A DNA stretch of 64,000 nt from Polyangiaceae bacterium (lineage in GTDB: Bacteria; Myxococcota_A; Polyangia; Polyangiales; Polyangiaceae). The notes beneath the pieces are model-generated. The model ran no database searches, was not told where the DNA came from, and saw nothing but the letters and a program-made list of their open reading frames with translations. This document shows positions 57,790 to 64,000 of this stretch, piece after piece; the first letter of the stretch is position 1; every line of letters starts with the position of its first letter. The stretch covers positions 1,216,001 through 1,280,000 of the forward strand of contig CBDCTZ010000014.1 in NCBI GenBank assembly GCA_965222375.1. The letters are read 5' to 3'. Made by a program: the position numbers and the translations under genes.

Positions 57790-58707
57790 TCAGTACTGGA
57801 GCACGCTAGGGTCGACACGCAACGACCAGGCCTGAATGCCGCCGGCCAGGTTGTACACATGGCTGAAGCCACGACCTAGAAAGTGTTGCGCCGCCTGCTG
57901 ACTGCGGATCCCATGGTGGCAATAGAAGACCAGCGTGGTGCTCTTGGGCAGCGCGTTCAGCTCGTCGTAGCTGTTGTCGTCGAGCAGAACGGACCTCTCT
58001 AGCTGACAAATCGCCCGCTCTGCCGGTGTTCGCACGTCAACCAGCGTGAGCTGTGCGTTCGCATCCAGTAGCTCTTTCAAAGCCTCGGGCGCGAGCTGCT
58101 GCACCTTCGGTGGCGCGTTTGGGTTGTCGATCTTGAAGGCCTTGCCTCGAGGCGTGTCGATGAAATCAATCTTGGTGCCATCGGCTCGGCGCGCGCTCAT
58201 GGGATCGAGCACGACGGTTACCTTCTCAGTCACAGCCTGCACATCGCCGGGCCCCAGCTCGCCGATGATGAGCTCGTGCTCGAAGCTTGGGCTCACGCCA
58301 AATCGCACCACTTCCTGGGTTCCGGCCGTGGCCCCGGCCAGGGCCGCCGCGGCCCGCGTAGTCACGATCAGGCCGGGAGGCTCGACCTCTGCGGCTTCGA
58401 CGCCAAGGGTATCCGCCAAGCTGCCTTGTTCGAACATCTCGGTCACGATGTCGCAGCCGCCCAGGAACTGACCCTTGGCGTAGAGCTGCGGGATCGTCGG
58501 CCAAGACGAGAGCACTTTGATGCCTTCTCGCACGTCGGGATCCTCCAGCACGTTCACTGTCTCGTAGTCTGGGACCAAGGTGTCCAGCATCTGGACCACC
58601 CGCGCAGAAAAGCCGCATTGCGGAGCATGGCGCTCTCCCTTCATGAAGAGCACGACATCGTGGCTGTCGATCTTGGCTTGTAGGCGCGCGCGTAGGGCAG
58701 GGCTCAT
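57790..58707 (-). CDS. grxD: Grx4 monothiol glutaredoxin fused to HesB/IscA-like and rhodanese domains
   Basis: VVLFMKG...PQCGFS, WPTIPQLY, GGCDI. FKIDNPN. DVRT...CHHGIRS...NLAGGIQAW. Confidence 0.9.
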   Translation of the reverse strand: MSPALRARLQAKIDSHDVVLFMKGERHAPQCGFSARVVQMLDTLVPDYETVNVLEDPDVREGIKVLSSWPTIPQLYAKGQFLGGCDIVTEMFEQGSLADTLGVEAAEVEPPGLIVTTRAAAALAGATAGTQEVVRFGVSPSFEHELIIGELGPGDVQAVTEKVTVVLDPMSARRADGTKIDFIDTPRGKAFKIDNPNAPPKVQQLAPEALKELLDANAQLTLVDVRTPAERAICQLERSVLLDDNSYDELNALPKSTTLVFYCHHGIRSQQAAQHFLGRGFSHVYNLAGGIQAWSLRVDPSVLQY

Positions 58708-58795
58708 GACAGAGCGCATGGTGCAGACGCGCCGACGTGTCAAACCCTGCGCTACTGGCGACACGAGTGCTCGACGGGCCGCGTCAGTTCCATCT

Positions 58796-59890
58796 TCATG
58801 GAGGGGTGGGCGCAGTGGTTTTCGCGGCCTTCTTTTTTCGAAATCGCCAATCCGGATGCGGCGTTGGGGGCACGCTACGGTCCATTTTCGGCGTACCCCA
58901 CGCGGGCTCGAGCACTTCGGTCACGATCCGCGGCATCACGAACAGTTGCGCGCAGTGCGCTGGCTTGTCCTTCCCGCTGAAGCCCCAAACGTGCAGCCCC
59001 TTTACATCCACAGCGGAGGTTTGAGCGAAGGGGGTCTCGTCGGGCTTGATGGCTTTGGCGGCGACGCCCAGTTCTTCCAACAATTGCGCTGCGGTCGTGC
59101 CTGTAGCGGGAAAAACGAAAGGGTCGACGGCGCTGTGGGTCAACACGAAGATGGTCTCACCCCGCTTGGCGCGCTCCGCGTAGGCGAGCTCGTGCTTCAA
59201 GAAGCGCGCGTCCAAACTGCTCGGCTGCTGTGCGCGCTTGGCGCCCTGCTTCCACGCGCCGTGCAGCCCGTCCAGGATCACCACCGCGTCGATGCCCTCG
59301 TGCTTCTGGGCCAAGATCTTGCTGACCGCCGCAGTGCCAGCACTCCATGAGCTGATCGCCAAGCGTCGAATGTGTGCTGATTGCTTGCCGGACTTTTGCT
59401 TCAGCTTCTTTTCGATGGCTTCCCTGAGCAGTGGGAAGACCAGATCCGAGCCAAGGGCGCGGGAATAGGGGCCACCGCCGCCAGTGCCCTTGTCGACCAG
59501 TACCAACGTCATCCCGCCAGCGGTTTGCACCAACACCTTGCGCACAGCATCTGCGCCATTGAAGTGGATCAACACGTCGTAGCCCATGTCCGGCGTGTGC
59601 CCGCCCTTTTGCGGAATCAGCATCTTGCCCAGAGGCAGGCGCTCGAAGGGTGCGTAGGGCCCGAGGCCCAGAGGGTCATGGGGATTGCACTCGTGAAAGC
59701 CTTTGGCCCGCAGCTCATCGGTTAGCGGTGCGACGGATAGCTTCTTGGGCGCGGCAACCACTTTCGGAAGCGTCGGCACGGGCACGCGTCGCAGGACCTC
59801 CACCCTCGAAGGCCGCTCGGAGCAAGCCGAGCTGCCCGTGAGTACGGCGGAGATCACGGCGAGCATGGCGAGGCGTGGCAAAGAGGTCAT
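58796..59890 (-). CDS. Exported alpha/beta-hydrolase-like protein
   Basis: SSWSAG nucleophile elbow, VVILDGLH, C-terminal AH. Lipoprotein-like signal. Confidence 0.6.
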   Translation of the reverse strand: MTSLPRLAMLAVISAVLTGSSACSERPSRVEVLRRVPVPTLPKVVAAPKKLSVAPLTDELRAKGFHECNPHDPLGLGPYAPFERLPLGKMLIPQKGGHTPDMGYDVLIHFNGADAVRKVLVQTAGGMTLVLVDKGTGGGGPYSRALGSDLVFPLLREAIEKKLKQKSGKQSAHIRRLAISSWSAGTAAVSKILAQKHEGIDAVVILDGLHGAWKQGAKRAQQPSSLDARFLKHELAYAERAKRGETIFVLTHSAVDPFVFPATGTTAAQLLEELGVAAKAIKPDETPFAQTSAVDVKGLHVWGFSGKDKPAHCAQLFVMPRIVTEVLEPAWGTPKMDRSVPPTPHPDWRFRKKKAAKTTAPTPP

Positions 59891-60115
59891 GAGCGTGACG
59901 ACATCGGGCCGGCCGGGGCGTGCGATCCCGCGGCGTGATACCCACACACGTGCCTTGTAGCCCCCAGCGGCTCGCTGCGTCGAGCCAGGCTCAGGCCCTC
60001 TGGATTGGTTGGGTGCCCCCGCACTGCACGTCCGATACGGTCGGCGTCCCCGGCCCTATTCTCCGGCGCATCCGGAGCTATCACCCCATCGAATGCGCTT
60101 CCGTAGCGTTTTCGA

Positions 60116-60256
60116 CGGGGACGCCGGCGTCCCCAAACGCGGCCGCTGCGCGCCCGCCCGGGGGACGCCGGCGCCCCCAAACGCGGCCGCTGCGCGCCCG
60201 CCCGGGGGACGCCGGCGCCCCCAAACGCGGCCGCTGCGTGCCCGCCCGGGGGACGC
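60116..60256. repeat. 44-bp palindromic tandem repeat, three copies plus a partial
   Basis: Unit gggggacgccggcg(t/c)ccccaaacgcggccgctgcg(c/t)gcccgccc. 'acgc' recurs at 60121, 60165, 60209 and 60253. Confidence 0.92.
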
Positions 60257-60352
60257 GACAACCCGGGGCCCAATTCTCATGCACCCCAGTGGCTTGCGTG
60301 ATGCGCGCAGGAGTGGCAGACCAGGGTCACACTTTCTTGGAGGGTCCAGACC

Positions 60353-61087
60353 ATGCGTACTGCTTTCACTGCTTCGTCGCTCGCTCTAATCTGCCTCGCT
60401 GTCGCCTGTGGCGGCGATGACACCAGCGATCTCGCAGGTGGTGGAGGCACGAGTTCTGGTGGTTCGAGTGGTGCAGCAGGCTCCGGTGGCACGGGTGCTC
60501 AGGCCGGCAGCGGCGGCACGAGTACGGGCGGCACTGCAGGCACAGGTGGCGGCGCGGGGAGCTCAGGCAGCGCTGGGGCCTCAGGTGCATCAGGCGCCGG
60601 AGGTGGCGCGGGCGCGGGCGGCGGCGCAGGCGCGGGCGGCGGCGCAGGCGCGGGTGGTGGCGCAGGTGCCGGTGGTGGCGCAGGCGCCGGTGGTGGCGCA
60701 GGCGCCGGTGGCACGGCGGGCGCAGGTGGAACGTCTGGCGCCGCGGGGAGCGGTGGCGTGATCGGAACCGGTGGCGCGCCGAACGACAAGGTGTGCAACA
60801 AGCTGAACGCCGACTACATCAAAGCCGTCACCGCGGCGAAGGCCTGCAAGTACGGCACGATCCCAGAGCCCTGCACTAGCAAAGTCAAGGGTGACCTCAA
60901 GTGCCAGTGCCCCACGTTCATCAACCCCGCGAACACGGCGGCGACCACCGAACTGACCAAGATCGAAGCCGAGTGGAAGTCGAAGGGCTGCAAGCCCAGC
61001 CTCACCTGCTTGTGCGCAAACCCGTCGAAGGGAACTTGCTACGCAGGTCCGGGTGGCCCCGCGAACGGTCAGTGCAGCGACAACTAG
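60353..61087 (+). CDS. Cys-rich lipoprotein with GAGAGG repeats
   Basis: GGAGG RBS, AVAC lipobox, long Gly/Ala linker, Cys-rich C-terminal domain. Confidence 0.8.
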   Translation: MRTAFTASSLALICLAVACGGDDTSDLAGGGGTSSGGSSGAAGSGGTGAQAGSGGTSTGGTAGTGGGAGSSGSAGASGASGAGGGAGAGGGAGAGGGAGAGGGAGAGGGAGAGGGAGAGGTAGAGGTSGAAGSGGVIGTGGAPNDKVCNKLNADYIKAVTAAKACKYGTIPEPCTSKVKGDLKCQCPTFINPANTAATTELTKIEAEWKSKGCKPSLTCLCANPSKGTCYAGPGGPANGQCSDN

Positions 61088-61315
61088 CCAGCTCCAGCTG
61101 ATGGGTGCACGTAGCGTCTGATCGGTGCAGCGACCGTGGGGTGTGGTGCGCGCGACGAAGCGCGAATGATGTGCGCCAGTGTCGGGAAGCGTCCGACGGC
61201 TGACACGCCGATGCGAAAATCACACGCGCCCGTGGGCCGTCGCCAGACGGCTTTGGCGGCGCGTGTGCTGTGCCGGGCAGCCGCCAAGTCGCGATTCCCT
61301 GCTATCCTTTGGGTC

Positions 61316-62401
61316 ATGACACGCTTATTTGCTTTCTTGGGGTTGGGGATTGGATTGACCGTCGGCTGTGGCGGAGACGACTTCTCGAGTGATGGTTCTG
61401 GGGGCGCCTCGGGAAACAGCGGGACGGGCAATGCGAGTGCCACCGGCGGCAGCGGCAACACCGCTGGCACGAGTGGTGCGGGTAACGCGGGCGGCAGCAG
61501 CGGAGCTGGCAATGCGGGTGGCACCAGCGGTGCCGGCAACGCCGCCGGCAGCGGAGGCGCGGGCAACGCTGCGGGCAGTGGTGGCTCGGGCGCCACAGGT
61601 GGTTCGACTGGTACCGGAGGGGACGCGAGCGGCGGAACGGGCGGGAGCGCGACCGGTGGCGCGACGGGAAGCGGGGGTGCAACCGGAACCGGCGGTAGCG
61701 CAACTGGAGGTGCAACCGGAACCGGTGGCAGCGCAACCGGGGGCACTGGTGGTACGGATTGCGCTGCCGTTAACAATCCCAATTTGAAGTTGCACAGCAC
61801 CCTCGACAATGCCGCGGCCGTCACGGGCCCCGCTGCCGGCAGCCCTGGATGGGTCAACAACGTCAGTTTCCCCGGGCCAGGAAAATGCGGCACAGGCGCC
61901 GCAGATTTCCCTGCTGGCGGCGGGCACGGTCTCAAGTTCCCAATTACCGGAGCCGTTCTGGCTGAGGGCAGTGTCGACTTCTATTTGAAGGCGAGTGATT
62001 TGTGCAGCGAAATCGGACCGAACAACCGATACTTGTTTCACAAGCCCGGCCCCGGGACAGGTCTGGCGATCACGTTGCTGGTACAGAACCCAGTTGCAGA
62101 GATTCATGTGGCCTACTCTCCGAACGCCACTGGGCCGTACACCGCGAAAGCTAGCTTCACATGCGATCTCAACAAGTGGACGCGCGTCACAGCGACGTGG
62201 AATTCGATGGTTGGCAACGTTCAGCCCGTTCAGCTGTACTTTGACGGGGTACTTCAGGACTCGTCGTCCACGGCGCCCACGGCGAGCGTGTCGGTGGCGG
62301 GGAATCCGAATTTCTACGTAGGCGCCAAAAGTGGCTACGTGCAGGGCGCCAACGCGAAGATCGATGAACTTAAAGTCTACGACGCGGTCATCACGCCCTG
62401 A
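61316..62401 (+). CDS. LamG-like jellyroll domain lipoprotein
   Basis: TVGC lipobox. EGSVDFY, WTRVTATW, LYFDG, IDELKVYD. Confidence 0.8.
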   Translation: MTRLFAFLGLGIGLTVGCGGDDFSSDGSGGASGNSGTGNASATGGSGNTAGTSGAGNAGGSSGAGNAGGTSGAGNAAGSGGAGNAAGSGGSGATGGSTGTGGDASGGTGGSATGGATGSGGATGTGGSATGGATGTGGSATGGTGGTDCAAVNNPNLKLHSTLDNAAAVTGPAAGSPGWVNNVSFPGPGKCGTGAADFPAGGGHGLKFPITGAVLAEGSVDFYLKASDLCSEIGPNNRYLFHKPGPGTGLAITLLVQNPVAEIHVAYSPNATGPYTAKASFTCDLNKWTRVTATWNSMVGNVQPVQLYFDGVLQDSSSTAPTASVSVAGNPNFYVGAKSGYVQGANAKIDELKVYDAVITP

Positions 62402-62428
62402 GGTGGACCTTGCGGCAGGAGCGAAATC

Positions 62429-63562
62429 TCAAGGCGCGGGCGCGACACGCTTTGCGATCGCCCAAACCCGACCCGCGTTGTCTACCCAGTACACGCAACT
62501 CGAATCCACGCTCAGATAGTCCAAGGACGAGAAGCCGTCTGCCAAGGTGACCACGTCGTTCGTGGCTAGATCCATGCGGAAGATCCCGGAGGTCTGCTTC
62601 GTGTCAAAGGTGGCCCAGAACAGCGCCTCCCCGTCCGTCGTGAGGCCGAGGGGGCTGCTCAGGTTGCTGACCAGCATGGTGGCCTGGCCGCCGGATTTCG
62701 AAATCCGGCCAACACTGCCGCAGTTCGGTCCGCAGGCAACCGTGAAGTAGATGCTGTCGTCGACCAAGGCGATGCCCCAGGGGCTCGTGATGTCCTGAGC
62801 CGTCAGACGCTCCCAGGGGCCACCAGATTTCGGAACGCGCCCCAGGGTGCTCGCGTGATTCAACGTGCCGTAGACGTGGGTTGCGTCTACGGCGATGGCG
62901 TGCGCAAAGATCTTGTCCTCTGCCACTTCTTGAGCAGGCGTGCCGCCACCGCGAACTGCGCGCTGCAGGCGTTCGCTCTGGAAGGTGCCCCAGAAGACGC
63001 TGTCGCGATCGATGGCCAGGGCCCAGGGCAGTTCGCCGCCACCGAGCTTGACGATGGGTTGGCCGGCGCGCCGCTCGAATACGCCCGCCGAGCTGGCCCA
63101 ATACACCGCCGTGCTATCCGCGGCGATGCGCTGCACCCAGCCCTGCCCCTCAGCTTCGACTTGGATTGCCCCACCCGTTTTGGACACCGACGAGATGGTG
63201 CCCTTCTGCGACCAGTACACGCGGGTCGCGTCGTTGGCGATGCCACGGGGTTGGGTGGGCAGCCCGCTGGCCAAGAGCCGAGCTGGCTCGCCCCGCTTGC
63301 AGAACTCCGCCTCGGAAGCACAGCGGAACACACGGCACACCTTGCCGCAGCACTGTGAGCCGTCTTGGCAGGGCACGCCGTCCGCGCGGCAGGTTGTTGC
63401 GACGTCTTCGCTCGCGTCCGGCACGCCACCGGCGTCCTCAGCAGGTGTGTTCTCGTCCTGTAGCAAGCCGCTTCGAGACCCGCAGCCCGCGGCCAAGACC
63501 GACACGAGTCCCACCCAAGCCAAGGAGATTAGGTGCAGCCTCCAGCCCACGGGCATGTCCAT
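62429..63562 (-). CDS. Beta-propeller repeat lipoprotein (DUF5050-like)
   Basis: LAAGC lipobox. Repeated IAxDxxxVYW blades. Confidence 0.75.
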   Translation of the reverse strand: MDMPVGWRLHLISLAWVGLVSVLAAGCGSRSGLLQDENTPAEDAGGVPDASEDVATTCRADGVPCQDGSQCCGKVCRVFRCASEAEFCKRGEPARLLASGLPTQPRGIANDATRVYWSQKGTISSVSKTGGAIQVEAEGQGWVQRIAADSTAVYWASSAGVFERRAGQPIVKLGGGELPWALAIDRDSVFWGTFQSERLQRAVRGGGTPAQEVAEDKIFAHAIAVDATHVYGTLNHASTLGRVPKSGGPWERLTAQDITSPWGIALVDDSIYFTVACGPNCGSVGRISKSGGQATMLVSNLSSPLGLTTDGEALFWATFDTKQTSGIFRMDLATNDVVTLADGFSSLDYLSVDSSCVYWVDNAGRVWAIAKRVAPAP

Positions 63563-63594
63563 AGCACGAGTCTGCCCGCGGTTTCGAAGCCAGT

Positions 63595-64000
63595 TCAGCA
63601 GGGGCCTTCGAGCTTGATGATGACCTCTCGAATCACGGGCGGATTGACGGGCCGGTTGCGCGTTGTCCCGACCGGCAATTTGGCGATGCGGTCGACCACG
63701 TCGCTGGGGGCGCATTGGCCGAAGGCGGTGTAGCGGCCGGCAAGGTGGACCGCGGGCTTGTGCACGATGAAGAACTGCATGCCGTTCGTGTTTGGCCCGC
63801 GGTTCGCCATGAACAACGTGCCCATCGTGCCAGCACCGACGTTTTCGTCGATCTCGTCGGGCACCACGTAGCCGGGATCTCCGGTTCCCGTGCCGCTGGG
63901 GTCGCCGCCCTGAATCATGAAGTTGACAACGATTCGATGGAAGATCACGCCATTGTAGGCGGGCTGGGTGAGCCACGTCTGCGTTTGCGGATCACGAAAT
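63595..64000 (-). CDS. Cyclophilin-type peptidyl-prolyl isomerase (5' end outside window)
   Basis: FHRIVVNFMIQGGDP, MANRGPNTNGMQFFI, YTAFG. Confidence 0.92.
   Translation of the reverse strand, partial: FRDPQTQTWLTQPAYNGVIFHRIVVNFMIQGGDPSGTGTGDPGYVVPDEIDENVGAGTMGTLFMANRGPNTNGMQFFIVHKPAVHLAGRYTAFGQCAPSDVVDRIAKLPVGTTRNRPVNPPVIREVIIKLEGPC

Noticed and set aside
60116..60256. CRISPR array
   Set aside because: The units are contiguous with no unique spacers, and there are no cas genes in the window.
1..64000. tRNA, rRNA, transposase, integrase or prophage genes
   Set aside because: None was recognised by eye. A covariance-model scan was not possible, so small RNAs could have been missed.

Overview
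This is a GC-rich, gene-dense window that looks myxobacterial (Myxococcota, probably Polyangiales-like). That impression rests on a MYXO-CTERM protein, four Hanks-type Ser/Thr kinase genes, an FHA protein and many Gly-linker lipoproteins. The first highlight (2052-8190) is an expanded His-Xaa-Ser (HXS) RiPP-type operon. It encodes a Tat-signal protein, HxsD, a second HxsD-like protein, HxsB, an 82-aa precursor with seven consecutive HxS triplets, and three further radical SAM enzymes. It is flanked divergently by two ORFs with a possible aromatic-prenyltransferase-like motif pattern. The second highlight (27900-28655) is a thioredoxin-fold lipoprotein that the ORF track splits at an in-frame TGA forming a UxxC motif, followed by a SECIS-like hairpin, i.e. 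a probable selenoprotein. Other points: a MopE-like Asp/Cys repeat gene broken by four +1 insertions (probably consensus errors), a WYL regulator with a candidate CTGACA-N6-TGTCAG operator, a kinase missing its catalytic core, a metallo-hydrolase remnant, and a 44-bp palindromic tandem repeat. I recognised no rRNA, tRNA, CRISPR array, transposase or integrase. All family calls come from motif recognition by eye; no searches were run.
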